DNA of 64,000 nt from Thermodesulfobacteriota bacterium (GCA_963422265.1 OY729416.1:1248001-1312000), one strand, 5' to 3'. Counted from the stretch's first letter, positions 10,166 through 20,983 are shown. Notes: generated by a model not told the origin, from the sequence alone. A program made the numbers and translations.

Positions 10166-11428
10166 ATGGAACATCTAAGACGACTAAACGCTAAAATATC
10201 CTCTAAAAGGCGAAAACTGAACTCATGGTTTAACCGCCAGACTGAGAACGTTCTCATTCCTCTTTATACGTCAGTTGACGTGAGGGTATCTAACAACAAA
10301 ATCGTTCCCGTGGATACAAATGTCTTTCCCGCTGGTTTCAATAACCTTTCCGAGTTATTCAAAAGCAGAGCTTCCAAACTTTTCAAGGACTATTTCAAAC
10401 GTAAGTATCCAAGGGCTGAAAACATACTGATAGTTCCTGAACTCCACACGCGCAACTTCCATTACTGGGAAAATATACTAGTGCTTAGGTCAATCCTTGA
10501 AAACATCGGATATAAGGTAGACGTTGGAATAGTCAGCGATGAGTTTAATAGAGATCAAATGAGTTTCAAGGCATCAAACGGGAAAGAGATCGGGGTTCAT
10601 AAAGTTATGAAAAAGGGACACAAGGTCTTTACCTCAAGTATAACGCCTGATTTATTACTGATAAACAACGATTTTTCAGAAAGATGCCCCAAGATCCTAA
10701 GGGACATTGTGCAGCCTGTAGAACCTCCTGTGGAAATAGGATGGCATACTAGAAAGAAGAGTCTTCACTTCGAATTTTACAACAAGCTTGCATCAAAAGT
10801 AGCAGAGATGATTGGGCTAGACCCGTGGACCATAACGATCGAGACTACTTCCCTTAAAGGGATTAACTTTGACGTCCGGGAGGACCGTGAGAAAGTAGCA
10901 GCCGTAGCGGACTCAGTATTAGATAGAATGAGAGACGATTATGGAGCAAGAAGAATAGACCACGAACCGTATTTATTCGTAAAAAGTGACTCAGGCACTT
11001 ACGGCATGGCGGTGATGAACGTATCAAGTGGCGACGAGATAAGAACCCTTAACTCTGATAAGAGAAAAAGAATGAGAATAAACAAGGGTGGCAATCCTGT
11101 GAGAAACATAGTTATTCAGGAAGGAGTGCCTACAGCTCTCAGGCTTGAATCAGACATTACGGCGGAACCTGTTTTTTATCTCGTAGAGGCTAAAGTGGCA
11201 GGGGGATTTCTGAGACTTAATGAAGGTAAAAACGAATTTGAAAATTTGAATACGAGGGGAATGAAATTCGCTCAAATGTATTGCCTGGACGATCACCCTG
11301 CAAAAGCCGACCAAAAGCTCTTATGTGGTCCCACGTATGAACTGGTATCGTGCATCGCAAGTCTCGCTGCAGGATACGAAATTGATAAGATACTTAAAGA
11401 GGGAGGGTGCAAGGAGGAGGTTGCCTAA
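10166..11428 (+). CDS. gshA: Glutamate--cysteine ligase (ATP-grasp GshA type)
   Basis: PLYTSVDVR..KIVPVDTNVFPAGFNNL, LLINNDFS, VKSDSGTYGMAV, IQEGVPT, AEPVFY, ENLN. Confidence 0.85.
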   Translation: MEHLRRLNAKISSKRRKLNSWFNRQTENVLIPLYTSVDVRVSNNKIVPVDTNVFPAGFNNLSELFKSRASKLFKDYFKRKYPRAENILIVPELHTRNFHYWENILVLRSILENIGYKVDVGIVSDEFNRDQMSFKASNGKEIGVHKVMKKGHKVFTSSITPDLLLINNDFSERCPKILRDIVQPVEPPVEIGWHTRKKSLHFEFYNKLASKVAEMIGLDPWTITIETTSLKGINFDVREDREKVAAVADSVLDRMRDDYGARRIDHEPYLFVKSDSGTYGMAVMNVSSGDEIRTLNSDKRKRMRINKGGNPVRNIVIQEGVPTALRLESDITAEPVFYLVEAKVAGGFLRLNEGKNEFENLNTRGMKFAQMYCLDDHPAKADQKLLCGPTYELVSCIASLAAGYEIDKILKEGGCKEEVA

Positions 11429-11432
11429 TTTA

Positions 11433-12815
11433 CTACCAACTACCAATTTCTTCTTTTCCCTTGGCAATCATCTCTAAGACATTATCTGTAGCCGTTCCAC
11501 CGTAAGAGCGCCTATTTTCAATTGAACCTTCTAACGTTATGTAGCTAAACAAGTCCTCTCGGAAAAGTTGTGAAAAAGCCTGATACTCCGAGATAGTCAA
11601 GTCTATAAGCTCTCTTCCATTTCCCTCAGCGTATGCAACTATCTTCCCCGTGATTTCATGGGATTGTCTGAACGGAATCCCTTTACGAGTCAGATAATCA
11701 GCAATATCAGTCGCCGTAATAAACCCCTCTCCAAGAGCCTTACTCATATTCTCATACTTAAATTCTATTGTCTTTAACATCTCCGATAGAACCTCCAGCG
11801 ACGATTCTAGCGTATCTACGGTGTCGAACATAGGCTCTTTATCCTCTTGCATATCCCTATTGTAAGAAAAAGGGAGTCCCTTCATAACCGTTAGGATTGC
11901 AACGAGGTTACCATACACCCTTCCCGTTTTTCCTCTTATAAGTTCCGGCACGTCGGGGTTTCTCTTCTGGGGCATGATGCTCGAGCCCGTTGTAAATTCA
12001 TCGCCAAGATCTACAAAATCAAACTCCTTACTTGACCACAATATGAACTCTTCTGAAATTCTACTTAGGTGATTCATAAGAATCGAGGATGTGGATATAA
12101 ACTCAATAATGAAGTCTCTATCGCTTACGGCATCAATGCTGTTCTGAGAGACTTGCGGAAAATCAAGCACGCCTGCGACAAAATCCCTATCTATTGGAAA
12201 AGTCGTTCCCGCCCCGGCTCCAGAACCAAGAGGCATTACGTTTACCCTATCAAGGCAGTTCAGTAACCTTTCCCTGTCACGCTTGAACATCTCGTAGAAA
12301 GCCATCAGCAAATGTGACAAGAGCATAGGCTGTCCACGCTGAAGGTGAGTATATAGAGGCATGACAGCATTTATATTATTATCCGCCAAATCTAATAAGC
12401 GCGCCGCCACGCCTTTTATCAATTGCACTATTTCACTAATTGCCCTCCTAAGATATAAACGCATATCAAGAGCAATCTGGTCGTTTCTGCTTCTTCCGGT
12501 ATGGAGCTTTCCACCCACTTCTCCAATCTTCTCTATTAAATGTTTTTCTATATTGAGGTGAATATCCTCAAACTCCTCCCTGAAGGGAAAGTTTCCCTGC
12601 TCAATCTCTTTTTGCACTTCTCCAAGTCCCTTTACGATCTCATCCGCCTCGTCTGTCCTTATAATACCCTCCTTGGCAAGCATTTTTACGTGGGCAATGC
12701 TACCTTGTATATCCTCTCCGTAGAGTCGGACATCAAAGTGGATTGAGGTCGAAAACTTCTCAGCCACTTTGTGCGTCCCTTTTTTGAACCTTCCCGACCA
12801 GGGTTTTTTTCTCAA
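11433..12815 (-). CDS. argH: Argininosuccinate lyase
   Basis: WSGRF, KLHTGRSRNDQ, YTHLQ, TGSSIMPQKRNPD, YNRDMQEDK; TTG start with AGGAGG RBS. Confidence 0.97.
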   Translation of the reverse strand: MRKKPWSGRFKKGTHKVAEKFSTSIHFDVRLYGEDIQGSIAHVKMLAKEGIIRTDEADEIVKGLGEVQKEIEQGNFPFREEFEDIHLNIEKHLIEKIGEVGGKLHTGRSRNDQIALDMRLYLRRAISEIVQLIKGVAARLLDLADNNINAVMPLYTHLQRGQPMLLSHLLMAFYEMFKRDRERLLNCLDRVNVMPLGSGAGAGTTFPIDRDFVAGVLDFPQVSQNSIDAVSDRDFIIEFISTSSILMNHLSRISEEFILWSSKEFDFVDLGDEFTTGSSIMPQKRNPDVPELIRGKTGRVYGNLVAILTVMKGLPFSYNRDMQEDKEPMFDTVDTLESSLEVLSEMLKTIEFKYENMSKALGEGFITATDIADYLTRKGIPFRQSHEITGKIVAYAEGNGRELIDLTISEYQAFSQLFREDLFSYITLEGSIENRRSYGGTATDNVLEMIAKGKEEIGSW

Positions 12816-12879
12816 CCTCTACCTCCTCTGACTAGTATTATAATATAGTTCAATCACGTTACCCTGTCCTGAACTCATT

Positions 12880-13794
12880 TTAGAACCTCTCTTTCTCCCT
12901 ATAATGAACAAGGCTATACTGCGAAACAAAGAAGGTTTCTTCATCCCCGCAGTTTTTTAGCATCTCCAGTGAGTTTTCATTTTCCCTGATTTTGACTTCA
13001 CGTTCTATGCCATCGGATTGATGAGATATGAACCGAACAGTCGATTCGTCACCTCTCATTTGGGAATTTTGCAATAAGATTTTAGAGATTTCATTAATGC
13101 CACTCTCTTTTCTGCAAAAATACTCAGCCACCTGCACCCCTTTTTCATAACAACAACGCCCCCTATAATTTTTGAGATCCACCTGCCCTTTCCCGTATTT
13201 CTCCATCAATCTCTCAGCCGTCAAGGGATCTTTTACCCGCCCGTAATAAATACCGTGTGGAAGACATACGAAAGTGGGGGCGAACCTGTGCCCTCCCAGA
13301 TGTGTGCTTTGCCAGGTACTAGAACCATACTTGCCCTGGGCTACTTCTAAATAGATAGGCACCCCAAACTTGCCGCAGCATACGTCGCGCTTGCCGTTAG
13401 TACATACAAGAAATAGCTCCTCTTCCGTCAAGAAGTTTTGCCCTTTCAAAATGTCTTTTACATCTAGACCGAGCAATTCATCCAAGGTGCTAAGCTCCAA
13501 TTCATAAAGTCTCGGACTAATCTCTTCAGAAACCGCAACATAAAACTTTAAGTTCTTCTGGGCATTATCATGTCTTTTAATAAGCTGAAGACGGGAATTG
13601 GGAATAGCATCTATAGTGGTTCTTATAAAGTCCTTTACTCGCTCCGGCATTTTGCTACCTTCAAAGGCTTTGCTCGACCAACTGCCTCTGTATTCAAGTG
13701 CTAGCCACACGTCAACTCTTGTAGCTGTCCCGAATTGCCCTTCGCTCAGATTAAGTGAATTCTCGCAACAATATGAATGTTTCATCAATCCCAA
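12880..13794 (-). CDS. Sucrase/ferredoxin-like protein (Apd1/Aim32-type Fe-S)
   Basis: LVCTNGKRDVCCGKFG and STHLGGHRFAP motifs. Confidence 0.85.
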   Translation of the reverse strand: MGLMKHSYCCENSLNLSEGQFGTATRVDVWLALEYRGSWSSKAFEGSKMPERVKDFIRTTIDAIPNSRLQLIKRHDNAQKNLKFYVAVSEEISPRLYELELSTLDELLGLDVKDILKGQNFLTEEELFLVCTNGKRDVCCGKFGVPIYLEVAQGKYGSSTWQSTHLGGHRFAPTFVCLPHGIYYGRVKDPLTAERLMEKYGKGQVDLKNYRGRCCYEKGVQVAEYFCRKESGINEISKILLQNSQMRGDESTVRFISHQSDGIEREVKIRENENSLEMLKNCGDEETFFVSQYSLVHYREKERF

Positions 13795-15188
13795 CCATAT
13801 CCCTTACCGTGAGAAAACGCACTAGCAAAACCCGGCTCTATCAACTTTATCTTTAATACTTTACCCTCCTTATCTTTGACCTTGAACCTATCATCTATCC
13901 TCATGCCACCCACCCAGATAATCTCTTCGTTGCAAGTAAAAATCGGAACTCTGAGTCGTAAAAATTTAGGAAGTTTGACATCAGTAAAAAAGTCCTGAAG
14001 CTTCTTTGATGTATTCATCCCCAGTGGAAAGAAGCGGTCGCCCTTTCTAAAACTCCTTACTTCTATGGGAAATTGAACCGACTTAGGATCAAAAGATGCC
14101 ATGCTCTCGTCCCTTTCATCAAATTCACTCGCTTTCAGATATTTTATACAAAGATCAACACCAAAGAAGCTCCATCTTCCCGTCGATTGTATCGTATAAG
14201 AGAGTGTCCGCTCAAGCTCTGACCTCTTGGTAATCAGAAAAGCACGGTACCCCTTAGCTATAACCGTTTCCTTAGGAAGACCTATCTCTCCCGAAGCGTT
14301 ATCAGAACATAGAAAATCATCCGCGGAAACAACGTGGCGCGAGGATATGTTCTTCAGGTTACCGTTTAGTTTGTTAATTCCTATTCTTAACAAACTAAAC
14401 CTCAAAACCTTATCAATACTTTTATAACGCCTTAAATCTCCAAATAACTCCGAATTGTTTTGGCTGAACACGCCGTCGAAATTATTAAGAGCTTGTTTTA
14501 CTATAAACTCTTCTTCATCCCTCACGATGTCGGCCGTTCTTGCAAGCGTCTCTCTTATTCGAGGGTTATAATCCTCAAGCTGAACCAGAAGCTCTTGCCT
14601 TATTCTATTTCTTAAAAACTCCTTTGAGGTATTAGTTGAGTCCTCAACCCATCCAATACCCTTAGACTGAAGATACTTCTCAACCTCAGAGCGGTTTGTC
14701 TCTATAAGAGGCCTTATTATAAAATAATTTAAGACGGGACGAATACCCGACAAACCCCTTGATCCACTTCCCCTGATTAGCCTCATTAACACCGTCTCCG
14801 CTTGATCGTCTAGCGTATGGGCAGTAGCTATCTTCTCTGCGCAATGTTTCTCTAAGACTTGACTAAAGAATCTATACCTTAGGGTTCTTGCGGCGTCTTC
14901 AAGCGAACACCGGGATTTTTCTCTAAAGCTTAGAGTGTCAACCTCGCTATATACGAATTCTAGTCCCAGGGACTCGGCAGTTTCTTTTACAAAGTCGGCG
15001 TCCCTCTTCGCCTCATCTCCCCTGATGCCGTGATTGAGGTGAGCGACTATAAGCTCATAATCACCTAATTCGCTCAAGACATAGAGCATAGCGATTGAGT
15101 CCGCACCACCTGAAACTCCGAGTGCCACCTTCTCGCCCTGGATGAGCATATTATATTTCTTAAGAGTCTTTACTACCTGGGATAACAT
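13785..15188 (-). CDS. tilS: tRNA(Ile)-lysidine synthase
   Basis: GVSGGADS PP-loop, HLNHGIR, ARTLRY, TAHTLDDQAETVL, EDSTN, RNRIR; TilS C-terminal domain. Confidence 0.96.
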   Translation of the reverse strand: MLSQVVKTLKKYNMLIQGEKVALGVSGGADSIAMLYVLSELGDYELIVAHLNHGIRGDEAKRDADFVKETAESLGLEFVYSEVDTLSFREKSRCSLEDAARTLRYRFFSQVLEKHCAEKIATAHTLDDQAETVLMRLIRGSGSRGLSGIRPVLNYFIIRPLIETNRSEVEKYLQSKGIGWVEDSTNTSKEFLRNRIRQELLVQLEDYNPRIRETLARTADIVRDEEEFIVKQALNNFDGVFSQNNSELFGDLRRYKSIDKVLRFSLLRIGINKLNGNLKNISSRHVVSADDFLCSDNASGEIGLPKETVIAKGYRAFLITKRSELERTLSYTIQSTGRWSFFGVDLCIKYLKASEFDERDESMASFDPKSVQFPIEVRSFRKGDRFFPLGMNTSKKLQDFFTDVKLPKFLRLRVPIFTCNEEIIWVGGMRIDDRFKVKDKEGKVLKIKLIEPGFASAFSHGKGYGWD

Positions 15189-15828
15189 TGTTCATATTGC
15201 TATTTGCAGCAAGCCCAGCAGACATGATTATCCTGAAGGCGTCTTCCACCGAAATCGAAAGCTCCTGGACGTCCTCTTGCGGAAGCATAATGTAAAATCC
15301 ACTTGTAGGATTTGGGGTTGTCGGAACAAAAACACTTACAAGCTTTCTGCCCGACTGGTTATGATACTGTCCTGATTCTAATGTTCCCATAATAAAACCA
15401 ATTGAGTAAATATCTTTTCTCGGATATTCGAATAATGCGACCCTTTTTAGATTCTTCATCCCACTTCCCATAAAAACAGTCTCGATTACCTGTTTACTCG
15501 CCAGGTATATCGTTCTAGCCAAGGGAATCTTCGAAATAATGGATTCGCCTACCTTAACGAGCTTGCCCCCTACTATATTTCTTGCCACCGCGCCAATAAA
15601 GAGCACAATTAATAATGCTCCAATAAGGGCAAAGAAGAACTCTACTATTTGAGAAATCGAGGGTAGCGACATGAATAGACTGCTTATAATTTTTGATGGT
15701 GCAGCGCTTACCAGCATTACTATCCATCTACCAACCGTATATAATATGAATATGGTAATAGCAAAAGGGACTGTAACTAATACGCCAGCAAGGATGTTTT
15801 GCCTAAAGAAGCTGTAAATGTGTTTCAT
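15160..15828 (-). CDS. DUF502 membrane protein
   Basis: LAGVLVTVPFAIT, EYPRK, VFVPTTPNPTSGF, SVEDAFRIIMSAG. Confidence 0.9.
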   Translation of the reverse strand: MKHIYSFFRQNILAGVLVTVPFAITIFILYTVGRWIVMLVSAAPSKIISSLFMSLPSISQIVEFFFALIGALLIVLFIGAVARNIVGGKLVKVGESIISKIPLARTIYLASKQVIETVFMGSGMKNLKRVALFEYPRKDIYSIGFIMGTLESGQYHNQSGRKLVSVFVPTTPNPTSGFYIMLPQEDVQELSISVEDAFRIIMSAGLAANSNMNNVIPGSKDS

Positions 15829-16112
15829 TCGTCAAGTGATTTGTTAATTGTATCGCGGAGGAACTTGCTAGACCTAAAAACTATAGCTTTTCTCTCTTCT
15901 ATTTCTATTATCTTGCCCGTAGCCGGGTTCCTCCCTTTTCTTGCCTTACGGTTTTGAACTCTAAAGCTACCGAACTTGGGGAGCTTAATCGCTTCGCCAC
16001 CGGTTAATCTCTCCATAACTATTACAAAGAAGAATTCAACTATCTCGGCTGACTCCCTTTTTGATAGTCCTATCTTGTCGTGGATAACGCTCGCAAGCTC
16101 CTTTTTTGTCAT
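15825..16112 (-). CDS. ihfA: Integration host factor alpha
   Basis: MTKKEL, FGSF, KARKGRNPATG; immediately downstream of pheT. Confidence 0.85.
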   Translation of the reverse strand: MTKKELASVIHDKIGLSKRESAEIVEFFFVIVMERLTGGEAIKLPKFGSFRVQNRKARKGRNPATGKIIEIEERKAIVFRSSKFLRDTINKSLDE

Positions 16113-16128
16113 AGCATTCGCCTCCTCC

Positions 16129-18537
16129 CTACATTCTACGCAATTCCGCCCCGATAGCCAAAGCCAGCTTTTTAAGCGTTTTTCCCTGTAATTTATTAAC
16201 TTCTTGTTCAGTTAGGGTTCTATTCGCGTTCCTCAGTCGCAAAGATACAGCAACGCTCTTTTTACCTTTTCCCAGAGAGTCTCCACTGAATACGTCAAAT
16301 ACCGAAGCATCTTCAATTAGCCCTATATTCATGTCTTTTATTTCATCTAATACGTCACTTGCCGGTATTTTCTCGTCAACTATTAAAGCCATATCCCTCC
16401 TTACCGATGGATACTTAGGAAGAGGGGTAAATTTTTTCTGTATCTTCTTTGAGTGAGCTGCGACTCCATCCATGTCAATCTCGAACGCGAGTATTTTCTT
16501 TGAGACTTCAAGCTTATGCCTAAGGCTAGGGTGAAGTTCACCGATAAAGCCTACTTCGTTCGTTTTAATCATTATTCGAGCTGATTTTCCAGGGTGGAGA
16601 AATTCGACGTCTGGACAAGACAGAAACTTAACGTCTTCTAACAACAAAGAAGTAAATACTTTTTCCACTACGCTTTTAAGATCAAAAAAATCAAATCCTT
16701 CTTCGCTCCAAATTTCAGGTAGCTTCCCTCCGGTTGCCACGGCGGCGATCTTTGTTATTTCATCGGGGAGGCTACCCTCTTGTTTAGGGACGTAAACCCT
16801 ACCAATTTCAAAAAGCCTTATATCGCTTGTTTGGCGGTTTAAGTTCAAAACAGTATTTTTTATAAGCCCAGACAAGAGGCTTGTTCTCATTGTAGAAGCA
16901 TCCGTCGTCAAAGGGTTGATAATACTAAGGGATTCCCTTTCTCCAAATAGGCTGAGAAAACTTATATCCTCAAAGCTATAGTTTATCACCTCATAGAAAC
17001 CGCTTGAGATCAACAACTCTCTTAGCTTCCTCCTTACCGTTTTTTCTGTACTAGCTAAATCCGATTCCATTAATATGGAAGGAAGAGTGGTCGGTATCTT
17101 TTCATAGCCGCGTATCCTCGCAACTTCTTCAATTAAATCTATTTCACGAGTAACGTCCCCTCTGAACGTAGGTATGCTTAGAGCAAAATCCTCTCCAGAC
17201 GAGTTAATGATTTCAAACCCCAGCCCCAAAGCGATCCGTGAGAGATCCCTAGGCTTAATCTCCACCCCCAGCATATAACTAGCTCTTTGAAGTGATAGTT
17301 TTACTTCCACTGGCTCTATCCTTTTGGGATATTCATCAATTACGCCCTTAGCCACCTCTCCGCCAGAGAGCTTTCTTATAAGCTCAGCCGCCCTGTCAAG
17401 CGCATTAACAGCTCCATTAGGATCAACCCCTCTTTCAAATCTGTATGAAGACTCTGACCTTAAAGATATTGTTTTCGAAGTTTTCCTCACAGTCGTAGGC
17501 TCAAAGTAGGCACTCTCAAGAAGCACGTTAGTCGTTTTGTCGGAGACCTCAGCGCTAGTGCCTCCCATTACGCCCGCGACCGCCAAGGGCTTTCTACCGT
17601 CGCAAATGATAAGGTCATTTGAAGCAAGTCTCCTATTAACCTTGTCAAGAGTCTTAATAACCTCTCCTTCCTTCGCGTTTCTAACCACTATCCTGCCTTC
17701 CTCAAGAAGGTCATAGTCAAAGGCGTGAAGAGGTTGCCCAAGCTCAAGAAGAACAAAATTGGTTACGTCCACCACGTTATTTATCGGTCTGATGCCTGAA
17801 GACTCAAGCTTCATCTTAAGCCACTTCGGGGATTGCTCTATTTTCAGGTCTCTTATTACCCTGCATGAATATCTAGGACACTTTGTAGAATCAAACACCT
17901 GAACGTTTATCAAGTTGCCTATGCACTCCCCATCTTCCACCACGCTTATATCCGGATATTTGACTTGTGTTCCAAGGTTGGCAGCTACTTCCCTAGCCAC
18001 GCCTATCACACTTAGACAATCGGAGCGGTTAGGCGTAATACCGACCTCAACCATCACGTCACTTAACCCAAGCTCGTCTATCAACTTGTTTCCCACTTCG
18101 GCAAATTTGGGAAGAATCATAATTCCATCGCTTTCTCCCCCTAATCCTAACTCATCCTCGGCGCACAGCATTCCTTCGGAAAGTTCTCCCCTGATTTTAG
18201 CCTTCTTTATCTTTAAACCGTTTGGAAATTTGGCGGCTGGTGAAAGCTCCGTCCCCTCTGTAGCAAGCGCTACCTTATCACCTGGCTTCATATTATCAGC
18301 GCCACAGACAACTTTGTAGCTGTTCTCTCCGTCCGTAACGTCACAAAGCGACAATCTTTCGGCATTAGGATGAGGTCTTACGTCCAGAATCAGGGCTACG
18401 ATCACACCTTCCAATCCCTTGCCCTTATAATGCAAGTCCTCTACTTCAAGCCCCGCCATAGTTAGCCTATTGGCTAACTCCTCAGGCGTTAGCTCAAACT
18501 CCACGTAATCTTTCAACCATTTCAGCGAGAAGATCAT
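16129..18537 (-). CDS. pheT: Phenylalanine--tRNA ligase beta subunit
   Basis: SLKWLKDY, HPNAERL, VVCGA, ITPNRSDCLS, RFERGVD, DLIEEVAR, KYPSVRRD. Confidence 0.98.
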   Translation of the reverse strand: MIFSLKWLKDYVEFELTPEELANRLTMAGLEVEDLHYKGKGLEGVIVALILDVRPHPNAERLSLCDVTDGENSYKVVCGADNMKPGDKVALATEGTELSPAAKFPNGLKIKKAKIRGELSEGMLCAEDELGLGGESDGIMILPKFAEVGNKLIDELGLSDVMVEVGITPNRSDCLSVIGVAREVAANLGTQVKYPDISVVEDGECIGNLINVQVFDSTKCPRYSCRVIRDLKIEQSPKWLKMKLESSGIRPINNVVDVTNFVLLELGQPLHAFDYDLLEEGRIVVRNAKEGEVIKTLDKVNRRLASNDLIICDGRKPLAVAGVMGGTSAEVSDKTTNVLLESAYFEPTTVRKTSKTISLRSESSYRFERGVDPNGAVNALDRAAELIRKLSGGEVAKGVIDEYPKRIEPVEVKLSLQRASYMLGVEIKPRDLSRIALGLGFEIINSSGEDFALSIPTFRGDVTREIDLIEEVARIRGYEKIPTTLPSILMESDLASTEKTVRRKLRELLISSGFYEVINYSFEDISFLSLFGERESLSIINPLTTDASTMRTSLLSGLIKNTVLNLNRQTSDIRLFEIGRVYVPKQEGSLPDEITKIAAVATGGKLPEIWSEEGFDFFDLKSVVEKVFTSLLLEDVKFLSCPDVEFLHPGKSARIMIKTNEVGFIGELHPSLRHKLEVSKKILAFEIDMDGVAAHSKKIQKKFTPLPKYPSVRRDMALIVDEKIPASDVLDEIKDMNIGLIEDASVFDVFSGDSLGKGKKSVAVSLRLRNANRTLTEQEVNKLQGKTLKKLALAIGAELRRM

Positions 18538-18630
18538 TTTATTCCAGTTAAAAGTTCAATAATCACATATTCTCAGAAAAGGTTCAATACTGACCGTTAA
18601 ATAAACGCGGAGCTTGTACAGACACCCATT

Positions 18631-18666
18631 TGTATCTATATTTACTTGTGTATCTATATTTACTTG
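18631..18666. repeat. Perfect 18-bp tandem duplication
   Basis: TGTATCTATATTTACTTG at 18631-18648 and 18649-18666. Confidence 0.9.
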
Positions 18667-18870
18667 AAGGAGAAAAAGCTTAACACTTATAATATATACA
18701 AATTTGACGAAAGTAGAAAGCAGGGAAGCTACCCTCAGTAATTAAAGAGCGTGAGGCTACCTTTAATAAATAGCAAAAGTTTCTCTCCTGCTAGTAATTG
18801 GAAGAAGATTGCGATAAAAGTTGTTGATGTTCTTGGTAATTACTATGAAGAAAATACCCGAGGCAACAGT

Positions 18871-20020
18871 ATGAGCGCAATTAGTAAATTCTTCTTGCGT
18901 GATGTGCGCTGTTTTAGGGACGAGCACGGGTTTAGTATACGTCCATTGACTTTCCTTATCGGCGAAAATAGTACCGGAAAATCAACCATTCTTGGCTGTA
19001 TCCAAGCATTTAGCAATTTCCTCAGCCCCGCGGTGTATCTGAGATAGATTTTAATTCCGAATCTTATCAGATGGGAGCTTTTGCCCATATTGTCAGGAGA
19101 TCAAACCCCAGAAAAAAGAATTTTCAGTTAGGCATTGAGCTTGAGCACGAGAATGGGAAACGACTAAAACATTTTCTAACCCTAACGGAAAAAGATAAAG
19201 GGTCCAAACCAAATAATCCGCAACGCAAGATAGGCTTTTGACGGAGGCCAAATTACTGTCTCTATGAATGAAAATAATCAGTATGAAAAGAGAGAATTAG
19301 AGTTTGAGATCACATCTGGAGGAAAACAGAATGAATTTGATATTTTAATAGATAAGAATTGGTTTAGTTCAGATATACTAGATTATATTTTTTATCTCTT
19401 ATCCAAACGACAACATTAAGAAGAAATTAAGCATAGCTGAAAACAATTTTATACAGTTTATAGATAAGTCAATTTCTAAACCTGATAAGGAAAATAGTCG
19501 TGCTCGTTTAAACCATTACTGCGACAATTAATTTTTATATGCACACAATTCATAACATTGCACCAATCCGCTCTAAGCCGAAACGCACATACAACCCTCT
19601 GAAAGAAGCAGAAACTCCGGATGGCAGCGAAATACCTATTGGTGTTAATGAATTTGAGCACGTAGAACAAGAAGGAATGGGATGATTTGAGACAACAGCT
19701 AGCAAGTTTTGGCAAAGCCTCCGGCTTGTTCACTGACATCGCCGTTAGAGAGCTTGGACATTCCAAGAGCGATACTCTTCAGCTACAAATTAAAGTCAGG
19801 GGATCTAAGACGAATTTAATGGATGTAGGCTACGGTGTCAGCTAGCTCCTACCTACTTTTGGTGCGTATTCTTACCGAGCAAGGCGTCAAGTTTCCGTTG
19901 CAACAGCCAGAAGTTCATTTGCACCCCAAGGGACAAGTATCCTTAGCTTCTTTGCTAGTAGAGATAAAACAGAAACGCCACAATTCATTTTCAGCCATTT
20001 TCTTGCATGAAATAGCATAG
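18871..20020 (+). pseudogene. Fragmented ABC/AAA ATPase (AAA_15/AAA_21-like)
   Basis: RPLTFLIGENSTGKS Walker A then stop at 19047; later frames give IAPIRSKPKRTY, NLMDVGYGVS* and LQQPEVHLHP; several stops/frameshifts; AT-rich. Confidence 0.82.
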
Positions 20021-20168
20021 GCTGTAATATTTAACAAGTTAGGAACAGCTATCTGAATATATAAAGGGAATTGTAAGGTGATTATAAAAAATCTTCTCTC
20101 CTTCTCACACATGTCTTGAATCTATATATGCTCTTGAAAAGATTACAAAAGCGTTTATACTACCCTTT

Positions 20169-20405
20169 ATGGACGTTAAAGAGATACAGGCTATCATAGA
20201 AGGCGGCATATCAAGTTCATACATAAACGTAGAAGGCGATGGGACGCATTTTGAAGCCGTGATAGTTTCACCAGAGTTTGAGGGTAAAACGCTGCTTGAA
20301 AGGCATAAACTAGTTTACAACGTGCTCGGGGACGCTATGAAAGAGAAAATACACGCTTTGTCACTCAAAACTTATACGCAAGAACAATGGGACAGTGCAA
20401 AGTAA
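20169..20405 (+). CDS. BolA/IbaG-family protein
   Basis: GDGTHFEAVIVSPEFEGK..RHKLVY..IHALSLKT; TATACT 7 nt before ATG and no SD, probably leaderless. Confidence 0.92.
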   Translation: MDVKEIQAIIEGGISSSYINVEGDGTHFEAVIVSPEFEGKTLLERHKLVYNVLGDAMKEKIHALSLKTYTQEQWDSAK

Positions 20406-20459
20406 TACGCTGAACTGACATATGATATAACTCAAGCTTTATTCTTATAGGAGGAAGAC

Positions 20460-20789
20460 GTGGAAGACGTAGAAGACGTAATGAAAGCAATAGAATCTCA
20501 AATAAGCAATAATAAAATTATATTGTATATGAAAGGAACCAAAGATATGCCACAGTGTGGTTTTTCCGCCAGAGTGGTGCAAATCCTTAACTCCTACGGC
20601 GCCGCTTACGAAACGATTGACGTATTAGCAAACCCCGCAATTAGGCAAAACATAAAAGAGTACTCTAGCTGGCCCACCCTACCACAGCTATACGTGGACG
20701 GGAAGTTTATAGGCGGATGTGACATTTGCGTTGAAATGGATCAAAGTGGTGAACTAGAAACCCTCGTTAAAAGTGCAATAGGAGGGTGA
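20460..20789 (+). CDS. grxD: Monothiol glutaredoxin Grx4
   Basis: LYMKG..PQCGFS, YSSWPTLPQLY, GGCD; paired with BolA. Confidence 0.95.
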   Translation: MEDVEDVMKAIESQISNNKIILYMKGTKDMPQCGFSARVVQILNSYGAAYETIDVLANPAIRQNIKEYSSWPTLPQLYVDGKFIGGCDICVEMDQSGELETLVKSAIGG

Positions 20790-20803
20790 TATTATGTTAT
20801 AAA

Positions 20804-20933
20804 GCCATTTTGATGCCCACTCTCTGAGCAGAGTCGAGAAATCAATTCCGCTAGTGAAGCGCAGAATGGCAGCTACGCGATATTATATCTACAAGTCAAG
20901 AACTGATTTCTCCCTACATCCTGAATGACAGGA
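20804..20933 (+). ncRNA. Candidate structured leader RNA upstream of pyrF
   Basis: GCCATTTTG/CAGAATGGC stem enclosing two small hairpins; 12/13 complementarity of 20836-20848 with 20900-20912; hairpin 20919-20933. No family recognised. Confidence 0.3.
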
Positions 20934-20983
20934 CAGATCATTTTGGTTCTCTATTCTACATATATAACCTTTACAAAAAAATA

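Noticed and set aside
20820-20845. Hammerhead ribozyme core
   Set aside because: CTGAGCA does not match CUGANGA and stems are not in hammerhead arrangement.
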